This document shows, in pieces, positions 16,282-29,129 of a stretch of 64,000 bases of DNA. Position numbers and translations under genes: made by a program. Numbering within the stretch: the stretch's first letter is position 1; each line of letters starts with the position of its first letter. Under the pieces are notes generated by a model. That model was not told the origin of the DNA and searched no databases. It saw only the letters and a program-made list of their open reading frames with translations. The DNA comes from the human T2T-CHM13v2.0 reference genome, Homo sapiens. The stretch is taken from NCBI RefSeq assembly GCF_009914755.1, contig NC_060939.1, one strand, 5' to 3'.

Positions 16282-16369
16282 GTAGATGAGAATTTGTTAT
16301 AACTACAACTGGTAAATGGAGTTACGTAGATGAGAATTTGTTATAACTACAACTGGTAAATGGAGTTAC
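16282..16369. repeat. Perfect 44-bp tandem duplication
   Basis: gtagatgagaatttgttataactacaactggtaaatggagttac at 16282-16325 and 16326-16369. Confidence 0.97.
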
Positions 16370-18029
16370 TGAAATCTTTCCCATGGACTGGGAAAACATG
16401 AAGACTTATACTGAATAGGGCACTAACTGATGAGTAGAATATCTTCTTTTTCCTATGTCCCTGTTGTTCTCCAAGAGTAACTGATGTAGCTTTTAATATG
16501 AGTCAGAATCAAAGCAGGAAATTAAAAATAAAAATCCAGAGAAGAAGGGTTAACGATTGAGAGATGCTGGGGTTCCCTAACACTGCAAACGTGTTAGCTT
16601 TTGCAGGGAGACACAACATTTAGCTCTATGCATGCTGCCATGGAAGAGACAAAGGGATGGAAACATGCTGCTTATATGATCACTGATGTCTGATAAGATA
16701 CTCAATCACTCACTCCATGAGTATTAGAATATTTCATATGGCTCCGGCTATGAGCTGGGTACCAGAAAAGAAAAAAAAACGAAGGTAGTAGCTCATACCT
16801 AATGAATTAAATAAGATGTTATTTTAAAAACCAATCCTTGTGTAGTGAGATATGTGCTAGAACAAGGGGAAAGCAGGAATTTGGAAGTACATGTCGGAAG
16901 AAGCCCTGAGCACACCACCAGGAAGACAGAAGGCAATCCATGCATGGTTCCTGATGAATGAGAGGTTCACTGGGGAGAGGGGCATTTTGGGCAAAGGGAA
17001 TAGCATGGTGCACGTAGGAAATGACTGTGAGGCTGGATCTTACTGGAGCATAATTGGTGGGGAATGGGGAGCAACTATGGAGGTAAAAGTGGACAGGAAG
17101 GTAGAATCAGAGACATAGGGGTTCATTCCAGAGCCTCTGCCCTTGGACTGATTCATGAATGTTTCTTTTTGTGCTTGCTAAATTTGTTTCTGCATTTATC
17201 TTTGTTCATTTTTCCCTTGCTATAATTTTTTTTCCCACTTTGTGGCAGACATCTATGGAAATGTCCTCCTAGCCTGTCCATAGCCCCATCATCTTGAGCT
17301 CTGCTTCTCTGGAGCTCCAGCCTCTAGGTCCCATCAGGGGAGGCTTCCTTCCCACATATTCTTGTCTCCTCTCCCCACCTGGGACAGCATGGTCCCCAGC
17401 GCAAGGCTGGCCTAGGAACAGGCATGTGACTCGAATCAAGGCTTCCCCCAACCTTTCCCTAAGTCGCCATTCCTTCCAGAGAGGGTGTCCCCTTCTGATC
17501 ATGGGAGCCAAAGATAGTTTCCATCCTACCTGTCAGGAGCGATGTATCTTCACCACGTGGAGGAAGGTGTGTGCAGCGCGAAAGAATGACACCTGAAGGG
17601 AAGGAGAGGGGAAAATACACACAGGGAGTCCTTGTGAAGTCCAGATGCCTGGTCCCAGTTTTCCTGAAGTCGAACTGTATCCCTGCCCTTCTGAGTTTTG
17701 GTTGTTAACCCTTCCTTTGGGATACCTGGGCATCCTTAGCACCTTACCAATAATATGGCTACATAAGCTAATGTGAGTTGGGGTGTTTTCAGGTACAAAA
17801 CACTTATTGACCCTGAGATTTCTGAGCTAAATGCTAATTTCACATATTTCCATTCATTTCTATTTAATAAACAAGTATTTGCAGCTGTGAATTTTTCTCT
17901 GCAGCTAGCTTTTGATACAGACAGTCATCATTATACTATTTTCCAAATTGTCAGTTGCTTTTTCATTTTAATTAAATTTGTCCCATCTCATTTCAGGGAT
18001 GGGAGGCTGAACTTACCTCACCCCTTTGA

Positions 18030-18260
18030 TAATAATATCAACAAATATTCTATACCAACCACATACCAGATAATGTTCTAAGCTTTCTACAAACATTAAC
18101 TCATTGAATTCTCACAAGAACCCTGTAAGATCGTACTATTAATATCGCTAGATCGTGGATGAGGAAATGGAGGCACAGGGCGTCCAACTCACACTGAGCA
18201 GGTAAGTAGAGTTGCTGAGATTCGAACAGGGGACTGTCCGGCTTCCAAGTCCATGCTCCG
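18030..18260 (-). mobile_element. MIR element
   Basis: aactcattgaattctcacaagaaccctgtaag..gatgaggaaatggaggcacag core. Confidence 0.65.
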
Positions 18261-20281
18261 AGAGCAGTTTAGAATCTAAAGTGCAATGCTGTCACAGCCC
18301 TGTGCGGTAGAAAAGGCCAGCCCACATGCTGCTAGCCCCTGAGACAGCCAGAGAACACAGCAAAAGCACCAGCACAAGCATGTGCTGTTCTTCAACACAC
18401 AAAGAAGCTCAGGCCTCAGGACACAGGGTTCTGTTTGCAAGAGAACAACTCCCAAGAGACAAGACACAGCCAGGACGCAAGATTATGCCTGTAACATCGT
18501 GGTCCCATCATTGTTTCCAAACCCACTCAGTCATTGCCCCATGCCTTCCTCCTGGGGCCGGGTGCTTTGGGTCCATGCTCGGGGAGGAGTAGGGAGATGG
18601 TAAGTGGGGCAGAGTTATCCAACAGGCCAAGAGTAAATCAACCTCAAATCAACATATTTTACATTTGTCCTTCATTGTTGTTGATCTCATCTACCAATAA
18701 CTAGAAAATCTTGGTTAAAGTCTCTACTGGTAAGGTGATTTTTGTCAGCTTCTCCTTAAATTCCTGGTAGTTTTTGTTGTGTACAGTTTAGTACTATGTT
18801 ACTCGGTCTTGATTCCTAAGAGTTCATGGATGGTACATTCTCACCATGGATATGTTTCCATCTGTTATATTTTTCACTTTAGATTGTCTCTTTTTATCCC
18901 TGTAGCAGGGTGAGAAATTTACTCATACCATACTCATTTGAACTAAATGAATTTTAACCTTGAGAGCTCATAGTATTTCTTTGTTTTACACCATCTCTTA
19001 GAAAGCTCAGCATCACCCAGGTGAATGCACAGTCATTCTTAGGTCCTTTCCCTTTCACTTCCAGCTCCCCTTCAAGGTGGTGTCTAGGTGGTCAAGGAGG
19101 GAGTGGTGGGAGAAAAGGGAGCCTTAGAGCCTTGCCCGCCTCCATTCTGAGGGGCTGGGATGGTCATTTGGCTGGTGAAAATTAAGGTATCTTTAGGAAG
19201 ACTCACACTGAGAGCTGATATCTGTGGCCTTGGTTTGGGGCCTTGTTCATTCAATCTTGCCTACTATAGCCTTTTAGTCCTCACCCAGATATCTGTTAAT
19301 TTAGACCCTCAATGCCTTCATGTCTCCTCACCTGTGGGACACCTAGCATACTTCACAGAGCCACGAGGAGCCAGGAGTGCCATATAAAGCCCAGCTTTGC
19401 AGCTACATCCTTCGATCCCTGCAGAACCACCCTGTGTGTTATCTTCCCCAAGACTCCCACATGGGTGGTGGCCAGAAACCCCTCTGCTTTTGGCTATTCC
19501 ATCAGCTGCCTTGATATACCTTCCACGGAAACTAGAGCACCTGGGTCTGACTGCCTGTTTCCCCTCCCACCCTCCTTCCTTCCTTCTCTCCACTCTCCAT
19601 GAAGGTAAAGCACGACAAGCTTCCCCTTCCTATCTCTGTGGGACAGAGACTTGCCATACTTTTCTTCTTCCCTCTGCAATACTATCACAATACATTTTAA
19701 AGTCTCTAAAGTGTATACAGCACACACATTACTTCCTTCAATGTCATCTTCACCAAAACTCAGCACAGTAGGTAACATCATCCCCATTTTCCAGGTGAGG
19801 AAAGTGAGACTTAGAGAAGTTTCATGAAGTGACAGAGCAAAAACCTACACCACACTTTCGCTTCAAAGGCTGGTGCTTATGCCTTTTTGTATAAAACTAA
19901 CATCTCATCCACATTTGATCTGTTATAAGTCCATGATTCTTGGTGTAAAGGAGAGACTTGATAGAGAAGAAGGCAGGGGTGGGGGCTGGGGGTAGTGCCT
20001 GGACAGACAATCCGTGGGCAGTTGTCACCTGTGTAGAAATAAAGATAAGGAGGTAGCAGTGGGGATAACACAGACCCATGAGCCTTTATCTCCAGCAAAG
20101 AGAGAGAGAGAAGTTAGAAAGAATGGAGGAGGAAGGAAGGGTTGAGAGGAGACATATAAATGGAGAGAAAGCCTGTGGTTATATCCATGGCAGCCCTACC
20201 ATGCCTCTCCTTCTGCAGAAGCCCGTGCGTTCATTCCTGGTTTCTTCATATCTTAAAGTGAAGTTAAAAGAACATAAAATT

Positions 20282-20902
<621 letters not shown>

Positions 20903-21529
20903 GATAAAATTGCCTTGGATCATTATATATTATACAATGGAAATCCTTTGTCTCGAGTATTAGGACTTAAAGGGATATGAAGCAGAACTCAGGTGGCTGC
21001 TTTCTCCCATCAAGTTAAAAAAAAAAAAAAAGAAGAAAGAAAGAAAGGCTGTGGACCCTGGTACACATTAGCACAGCAGCTGGTCAACTCTGGTCATTTC
21101 TAGGAGCGCTGTGCTCAGAATCGTGTGCTATGGGCCCGGTGGATCTGCATTAATCTTTTCAAAAATGCAAATCTCAGCTTCAAATTCAACAGCCTCCTCT
21201 GGAATTTCAAAGAGTTCTAGGTTGTTTAAAGGTTGAGTGGAATTCCTGAGCCTGTGTTAACTGGTCACAGTCTACTGACTCTCATAATTAGCGCAAGACC
21301 ACTGTGTTGTGTAAATGCCACTCAGTATTCAACAATGACTAACCACTCCATTTCAGATTGTTTACTTAAGTGGGGGGCTTTCATCCACAATCAGTGTTTC
21401 TGAGCATTTAACCTATTTAATACTGAGAGACGAGAGAGAAGGCGAGTTGCCCATTTCTCTATTTCTTCCCCTACACCCTAACCGCTCCCCAACTCCAGCC
21501 ACCAAATCCCAGTATTGTGCGTAGCCCAG

Positions 21530-21655
21530 TTCTAAGTCTTGTCTGGCTATTAAGCTGCATGACCTTGGCTACCCTGAGCCTCAGTTTCCTTATCTGCAAA
21601 CTCCAGGGGCAGAATTGGATGATGTCGAAGGTCCTTTCTACCTCTGAAATACACT
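21530..21655 (+). mobile_element. MIR fragment
   Basis: gctgcatgaccttgg..ctgagcctcagtttccttatctgcaaa. Confidence 0.65.
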
Positions 21656-23640
21656 GACTGGGGGAGAAGATGAAATGTCTCCTTTGTGAAAATCTAAACG
21701 TATTTATTACGTACCAAAAACCACAGCACGGCCGACTCCAGACTTGGGAAGTGTCTAGCAGTTGTCCACGTGTCGCCTGTCTTTTATTGCAATGGACCAG
21801 TGCAAGAAGTAGGAAGCTTGAGCAAGATCCAGTTTTAAAGATATCAGCCGAGTAACATTTAGAAAAATGGGCAGAACACAACAGCAGAGTAAGAAAGTAA
21901 AACTTGTCAACAAATTTGTATGGTTAAATGTGTGTGTGCGTAAGAGTCATGTTCACTCATATTTTATTTTTTAGGGATGATATTAGAACTGTATTTGGAG
22001 ACAAAATGAGCCATGGGTCCTGGCTGAAATGCTAAACTGATACATAAACACCAAGGAGAGGAACTTGCTTCCTTCTAAGGGGTGTGGAAAGTTGGAGAAT
22101 AAAAGAGCCTCGTGGGATAGGGGGCAGTGATGCCAAGTGCTATTTATGGGCTATTTATGGGCCACCAGAGATTGAACTGCCTGTGGGGAGAAGGATCCAG
22201 AAGGGACTCTGGGTAGCAGAAATATCTGAGATGGAGTTTTACCTTTTTTGATGTGGAGTGAGTGAAGAGAGCCTCCTCTTTTACTTTCCTTAAGAAATCT
22301 TCAGTCCAGTATACGTTATACATTAATTAAGTTGGTATTTTGAGTGTGTTGCTTTTTGGGGTATGTAGAAGAGAGGCTGAATTCTCATTTGGCTTGATGT
22401 TGGAATCAGGAACAGTCAACTTTGATACGGGGCACAAGAGCGGGCCATAGCTGATACCCTGGTTTCTCTGTCTGGGCCTGGCCTATCTTGTGGCTGGGTG
22501 CACACCTGCTTTATTTTTTACTTGAAATGTCTTCTTTTTCCACCTGTCCTACTCATGTCTTCAAAGCCTAATTTTCATTTTCCCTGATCACTCCACCTCC
22601 TCTCTGCCCTCATTCATTCATTAGTGACTACAGGCTGGAGATGCCAATTTCAGGGCTTCTGCCCTAAGCCCCCAAGGGAGCTGTGTGCTTCTTGAGTGCA
22701 GATACTTTGTTTCACTCTTCCCCACTCTACCCCCCAAACCAGAAGAACAGAGCTCCTGTTTCTTCCTTTCCATGGTAGGCCCAACACCTGGCTTTGTGCC
22801 TGGCACACAGCAGACATTCAACATTTGTAGAACTGATAGACTATTAGATTAGTAGTGACAAATACTCCCCGAAGAAAATGCTTATTTGAACATACATCCC
22901 AAATTTTCTGCCCTCCAGAAAATGCTTCCTTGGAAGGATTTAAGACAGTTTGATGTCTCTGCAAACATTATCTGCGTTTAGGGACCAACTTGCCCTTCTC
23001 AGCGTTCACCTGGGATGTCTTTATTCTTCCATTTAACCTTTACAGGGGACCCCGATGGTGACGTGTCCTTCCTAGGGGCCATTACCTCTCTCAGGGATCC
23101 TAGTGTCTGGTAGAAAACAACAGCTCCAAGTTCTCTGCATCCAAACTTCGCCAGGATACGCAGATAAACCTATTTAAAAAAAAAAATCTTTTTAAATTCT
23201 CAACTTGGTGGTGTAAATAAGGCCCTTGCAGCGCCCTCAAGTAATAATCAACGGCAGTCATTATGGAAGGAGGGTAGAGATGAGCGCCTTACTCAAAGCC
23301 AAGACATTCACAATTTCTCGGGCCGGCTGCCTGTGCCTGGGCGTGTGCACTGTGCACTCCGAAGCTGTGTGCGGCGGTGGCCTTGGAGGTGCGCGTGGCC
23401 TTAGGAATTCCCGCGGTCGGGCACCCTCCGCTTAACACCGGGCCGTGTCCCCGGCCTGGGAGCCGAGCAGCGCGGCTCTGGCATGCTAAGTGGGCAGCAC
23501 TGGGGCGCCTTTGTTCCTCGCGGCCGTCTCCCAGGACCGGCTTCCCTCTGAATCTAAATGGGCTTCTCCCTCACCCGCTCCGCCCTGGCCTCCTGGCCTG
23601 GGCACGGCGCCCCTGGGTAATGCGCGCCCGGACACCTGGG

Positions 23641-23650
23641 GCGTGGGCGT
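23641..23650 (+). promoter_or_regulatory. Perfect EGR1/Zif268 consensus site GCGTGGGCGT
   Basis: Exact consensus match ~450 bp upstream of the ATG; occupancy unknown. Confidence 0.45.
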
Positions 23651-24099
23651 GCGGGGGCAGCCCGGGCTAGGCGAGCGCGGGAGAGGCGCCTGCGGTCCCA
23701 GCCCGGCCAGGCCCGAGCACCTGCGCGAGCCCGAGGGAGCGCCCGGCCCTCTGCCCCCGCCAGTCGCCGGCGCCCAACTTGGGGGTCCCGCCGTCCGCAG
23801 CCCCAAGTCTCGCGGTGCTACCGCTCTGACCGGGGAGCCGCGGGCCGGGCGCCCCCCGCCGCGCGACAAAGGCTGAACCGGGAGGAGGAGGCCGAGGAGG
23901 GGGAGGAGGAGGAGAGAAAGGCGGGGACGGCGAGCGGCCGCGGCGGCGGGGAGAGCGGAGGGAGCGCCGCCCGCCCGCGCCGTCCTTTGTGTGGCGGCGG
24001 CGGCGCCTGGGCCTGACCGGGTCCCCGGGGCTGAGCGCCGGGCTCCGCGCCGCCCCTCCCGCGCCCCTGCCAAGCGGGCGCCTATCCTCTCCGAGCAAG

Positions 24100-24130
24100 A
24101 TGGCAACCCCGGCGGCGGTCAACCCTCCGG
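24100..24130 (+). CDS. ARNT2: ARNT2 (aryl hydrocarbon receptor nuclear translocator 2, bHLH-PAS) coding part of exon 1
   Basis: aagATGg strong Kozak; ATG GCA ACC CCG GCG GCG GTC AAC CCT CCG G = MATPAAVNPP(E), the ARNT2 N-terminus as I recall it (MATPAAVNPPEMASDIPGSV..); canonical donor CGG|GTGAGT at 24131, phase 1. Confidence 0.93.
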
Positions 24131-25474
24131 GTGAGTAGCGGCCTGGGCCCCGCCGCCCGCCGCAGCCCGCAGGCCTTGCCCGGGGCCGGAGCGGACCAGG
24201 CGCGCCGGGCGCCCCCGGGGGCGCGGAGCCGCAGCTCGGCGCGGTGGGTGGTGGAGCGGCTGTCACTACGCGGCAGCCGCAGCATCAGCACCAGAGCGGC
24301 ATCTGCATCCCAATCGCTGCCCATCCGGTCCCGGGCAGGCGCCGGTCCGGACCCGCGGGCGGCCGGACGCTGGCCTCGCATCCTCGGGAACCCGAAGGGC
24401 AGGCCCGGGAGCCCCCGAAGTTCTGAAAATAACCGCCTTTGCCTTCCCCATCCCACGCATTTTTCTCTTCCGGTCCCGGCTTTTGTGGCATCACGGCGTC
24501 AGCCAGTCCTGGCTGGTGGAGGGCTCCGCGCTGACGGAGGGAAAAGTTTGGAGCTGGGATTCAACAGGGTACAACTCCCGGGACTCTCCCCTGCCCGCCC
24601 CGCCCACTAAGCGCTGGTCCTTTGCGCCCTTTGCGACTGGCTGCTGTGTGTCCTAACCCTCCGGGGGCACAAAACACCCAGCCTGTGGTCACCAGCGTGG
24701 AGCAGCCCTGGTCCTGCCCAGGTGACATCCTCTGCTTTCTGGTCTGACCTGTCCCCAGGGTGCAGTCTGTGACAACTGAGCTCATTAGGAAATATTTCAA
24801 AAATGGAAGAGTTCTTGATCAAGTGGCAACATTGACTTGTTTTGGTATTGTAGTAGGGAAGTTCCGTTTTCACTGGGAAAGTTCCCTACCTGATGAGCAG
24901 GGTGTGGGAGAAGAGAAACGTGAACATCTAAGCTAGTACAAACTTTTGGGTGTTGTGCAGAGGCTGCTGTGGGCACGGCAGGTTGCTGGGTCCCTGTGGA
25001 AGATGCAGGGAGAGTCACAGAGGGCGGCCCCCAGGAAATTCCCAGCAGAGGGAGGTCATGTGTTGGAGATAGGGAGGGTCGGGGGAGGAACAGCAATGCC
25101 TAGCAAAGAAAAGTGTCTCTCATCATAGAATTAGGAATGAAAGATCCCTTTCATCTAAGGCGGCCAGGGAAGGCTTCTGGAGATTGGACATTTCGGCTGA
25201 ACCTTGAAAACGGGAATGTTTGAATATACAGAGCCAGTAGCAGAGGGGCATTGCAGGCGTAAGTAACAGTGGACTTGCTCTAAGCAAGTGCAGAGGTCAG
25301 TGAGTAGTTGGTGCACTGGGGATATAAGAGGCAGCAGTGGGATTTAACACTGAGTTGTTTGGATGTGACCAGGCTTTAAAGGACAGACTGAGGAGTATGG
25401 ACTTTCTCTCTCCACATTAAGGGAGAGTCCTCTGCACACTTCCTAAGAACCAGAAAAATAAAATAAAATAGAAA

Positions 25475-25475
25475 A

Positions 25476-25507
<32 letters not shown>
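25475..25507. repeat. (AG)n microsatellite
   Basis: Direct reading. Confidence 0.85.
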
Positions 25508-27285
25508 CCTCAATGGTATTGAACAAGGAAATCGCATGATCACTTTTTCTGGAAGACTGATTTGTCAGCTATGTCTAGGAAACATTCTAAGGAGGGAACA
25601 AGACTTGAGACAGGGAGGCCAGCATGAAATGAGGCAGGTGCTGGGGAGGCCAGAATTGGTGGCCATGGCTGGACCAGAGAGGAAGGAATGCACCACTGGG
25701 CGGGTAGAAGAGTTCCAGATTTGGCACTGATTAGATTTGGAGTAAGAGTAAAGGAGGAGGCCAAGGAGAGACAAAGGGGAGGTGTCCATGGAGACACCAA
25801 GGTGAAGAGCCTGTGTAATTCCAAGGAAGGCAGTTCCATCAGCAGAAATAGGGACTCTTGGAAGAACAGACAAGGAGGCCTCTGTCCAGAACACTGAGGA
25901 GGAACGTGGCTGGTCTGAAAACAAATCTGTGCCAGTTTGCCTGTGACTGAAGCTGCAATTTCAACCCATTCAACTACTTCAAAATCAATGGAAAATTGAT
26001 AGATGTAAATGTTATGAAATTAGAAAAAGCAAAAGATGTTAAATGAAAATATTTTAGTCCAATATACACTGGGAACAGGAATAAAATCCCTGGTGATTTA
26101 CATAATTTCTATGCCAGGACATCATTGTTTAAAACTTTTTTGTCCATTACATTGCTCCATGAGCTACATGGACTAAAGATCTAAAGATGGAGTAACTGCC
26201 CCTGGCCCCGTGGTGTGAAGCACAGGAAAGCCTGTGCCTGTGCCTTGGACTGCGGGAGACTTGAATGGTACAAGCATAGGGTATTGTTGGCGTTGCTAGT
26301 CAACACCTGGCCAGCTTGACAGATGCTTTTCTCTGTTGACAGCTATACCAGAGATCTTCAGCATGGTGATAATTTCTCAAGGGAAAATTCCTTGAGGTGA
26401 TCACCTTTCCTTTTACCATCATTTCTTTTACTGGTCCCCTGAGGATGATCCGTGGGGATGTGTTATTATTGCCCCATGTGAATCTCCATCTTTTTCTTTG
26501 GGAGAAAGGGTTTAATTTTAAGGGACATGGCTCAGGGTTTGAGCCAAAGAGAGAGAGTTCAGATTCTATGGGCAATTTACAACAAAAAGAGCCATGGTAC
26601 CCAAGCTTGTCACCCAGAGCCTACCTCACATGGGCTTGTGAGACTTCTTTGAATTCCTTTTTCTTCCTGCCTCCTTTCCCCAGATATGGTTGCTTTGCAA
26701 AGAATAAGAGCTTGGTAAACAGAACCAAATGGATGGGGAAGCACCAGGATTTATTTCTGCTGCTAGTTCGTGTCCAGGGTACAAAGGCCACAGCCAGTCA
26801 CCTCCCCACGCCCCCACTTGTTCCTTTTTTCCCAGCTGACCACTTCACAACAGCAGAACCATTTACAATGACACTCTTCTGTGATGTGTAGTGGGGATTC
26901 TCTAGGGTCTTGTTGGTGACCGGTGATGTTGGGGTCTTCACGCTCATGTTACTCATGTTACTCTGTGGATATAATACAGGTCCAAATTTGGAATCTGCTC
27001 CTTCAAGGTCCCCTGTTGGGGTTTTAGGTTAGGATTCTACCAGCTACTCTGGGAGAGGAGAAGAAAGGATTGGGCTCCCAGATATTCTCCTCATGACTTC
27101 TGCTATGACAGTCCTGGTTATATTCCTCATATCCTGTGGCCCCTGGTGCCTCCTCCTTCTGGGTCATTTACAGTCCTTACGTTGGTCACTGAAACTGTTG
27201 TATTGGCTGATTTTCTCTTTTCTCTCTGGCCAGGAATGACATATATCCTTTAGACTAGAGAGTGAAGTCATAGAATCTTCCGTTT

Positions 27286-27313
27286 TGTGTGTCTGTGTGT
27301 GTGTGTGTGTGTG
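27286..27313. repeat. (TG)n microsatellite
   Basis: Direct reading. Confidence 0.85.
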
Positions 27314-28489
27314 TTGTTTTGCTGCCTTTTTGAATGACATTTAAGTGTTTCTGATGTATAGGAAATAGTGAAGATTTGAATTAGTTATATACATAAAAGG
27401 GTATTTGCAGCTGAAATGGCACAATTAAGAAGGAGATTGTTTCCCCAATGTCATTGTTCCATCTTAATCTTTTGTAATTTAAGCATGAGGGAATCAGCTA
27501 CAAATTCAGACCAGTAATCATTAGGAATTAAGCATTATGTGGACATTCTCTGAGATGAGTATTTGCAGAGTAATTAATAAGGCTCATATGTTTTAAAGGA
27601 TTTCAAAATTATGTTTTAAGAGATTTGGAATTCCACTTTTTTTTCTGAAATCAATTATTGGATGTTTTCCCCACTTCCAGGTTTCTGGTCTTTGGCATTT
27701 CAATTTGGAATTAATTGTATAGTGCAGGAAGATTCTCTGGACAAATTGCCTTAGATGGAGGGACATTTGAATCAGCTTGTTGAACTGATTGGATATCTTT
27801 GATATGCCAAGCTGTCTGCAGGGAATAGAGCAATGTGGAGATGAGGGAGAATATTTCTTGACCTCAGGGGGTTCTAAGTCTACTAGGGGAGGCATAGGTA
27901 GACTAACTTAATAACACCAGGTGGAATGAAATGAACGTTGACTAGGCATGTTCATATCATCATGGGGAGCCAGAGGAAGTCTTATGGGAGGTAACTTCTG
28001 AACGTGGGCCTTTTGAAGACAGAGATTTTGACTTATAGAGAATTTAGGAATGGTCATTTTGCGCTGATGGCTGGCGTGTGAGGCAGACAAGATTTGTGAA
28101 AATATGGAATACTGTCAAGTGGTTGCTTCCTCAGTGCTCTTGGGGACTCAGCAGGACACCCAAGAATGTGGGTAGGTTTTGAGCCTTTGAGACGTGTGCG
28201 CTATGCTTGCAAGCTGTCCTGCCTTGAGTAGGGCTGGAACAGCCAAACCAGCTGGACATACAGTTGAGCCCAATTTCTCTATATCCTGTCCTTCATTGAA
28301 TCTACGAGCCCATCAGTTGCAGGACACATCATTCTTTTATGGACTTATAAGAAAAAAATGAGCTGATGGCATTTTGGCTTTCATCAAAAGAAAGAAAAAA
28401 AGGAAGAAGTGATACCTGAAAAAAGAGATTTATTTATTCCTTCAGTATATATTTATTTTAATTAATTAATGAATTTTAAAAAGTTAATT

Positions 28490-29115
28490 TTTAAAGGCTC
28501 CTTTTTTAGGGCAGTTTTAGGTTCACAGCAAAATTGAAAGGAAGGCACAGAGATTCCTCATATATCCCCTGCCCCCACACATGCACAACCTCCCCCATGA
28601 TCAACATTCCCCAGCAGAGTAGTACATGTGTTACAATTGATGAACCTACAATGACACATCATTATCACCCAAAGTCCATAGTTCACATTAGGATTCACTC
28701 TTGATGGTTGGTAGACGTTCTATGGGTTGGACAAATGTATATGACTTATATCTACCGTTATAATATCATGCAGAGTATTTTCACTGCCCTAAAAATTCTC
28801 CATGCTCCACCTATTCATTCCTCCCACTTCCGAATTCTTGGCATCCACTGATGTTTTTACTGTCTCCATAGTTTTGCCTTTTCCAGAAAGTCATGTAATT
28901 GGATTCATGCATTACGTAGCCTTTTCAAACTGGCATTTTTCACTTAATAATATGCATTTACATTTTCTCTGTATCTTTCAGTGGCTTGATAGCTCATTTG
29001 TTTTGGTGCCAAAGAATATTCCATTGTCTGGATGTACCACAGTTTATTTATTCATTCACCTACTGAAGGACATCTGGGTTGCTTCTAAGTTTTGGCAATT
29101 ATGACGAATGAAGCT
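28490..29115 (-). mobile_element. L1MC-like 3'UTR fragment
   Basis: ttttagggcagttttaggttcacagcaaaattg..cattatcacccaaagtccatagttcacattagg..ggatgtaccacagtttattt; reverse complement of the family at 11.2-11.6 kb. Confidence 0.8.
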
Positions 29116-29129
29116 GCTAGGGGCTAATA

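Larger units (their letters stand above)
23310..24660. promoter_or_regulatory. ARNT2: CpG island / TATA-less promoter of ARNT2 (likely bidirectional)
   Basis: Very high GC and CpG density against a CpG-depleted background; GC boxes, (GGA)n and (GGC)n tracts; surrounds the first coding exon. Confidence 0.93.

Noticed and set aside
22139-22162. Short 9-14 bp tandem duplications (also 9114-9138, 26943-26963, 62860-62884)
   Set aside because: Common slippage products with no further structure
24284-24302. REST/NRSE-like TCAGCACC in intron 1
   Set aside because: Only the left half-site; the right half GGACAG is absent
23226-24610. Long overlapping ORFs (128-206 aa) on both strands across the CpG island
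   Set aside because: Stop-codon scarcity in very GC-rich DNA; Ala/Gly/Pro/Arg low-complexity products, several with non-ATG starts; the real coding part is the 31-nt exon
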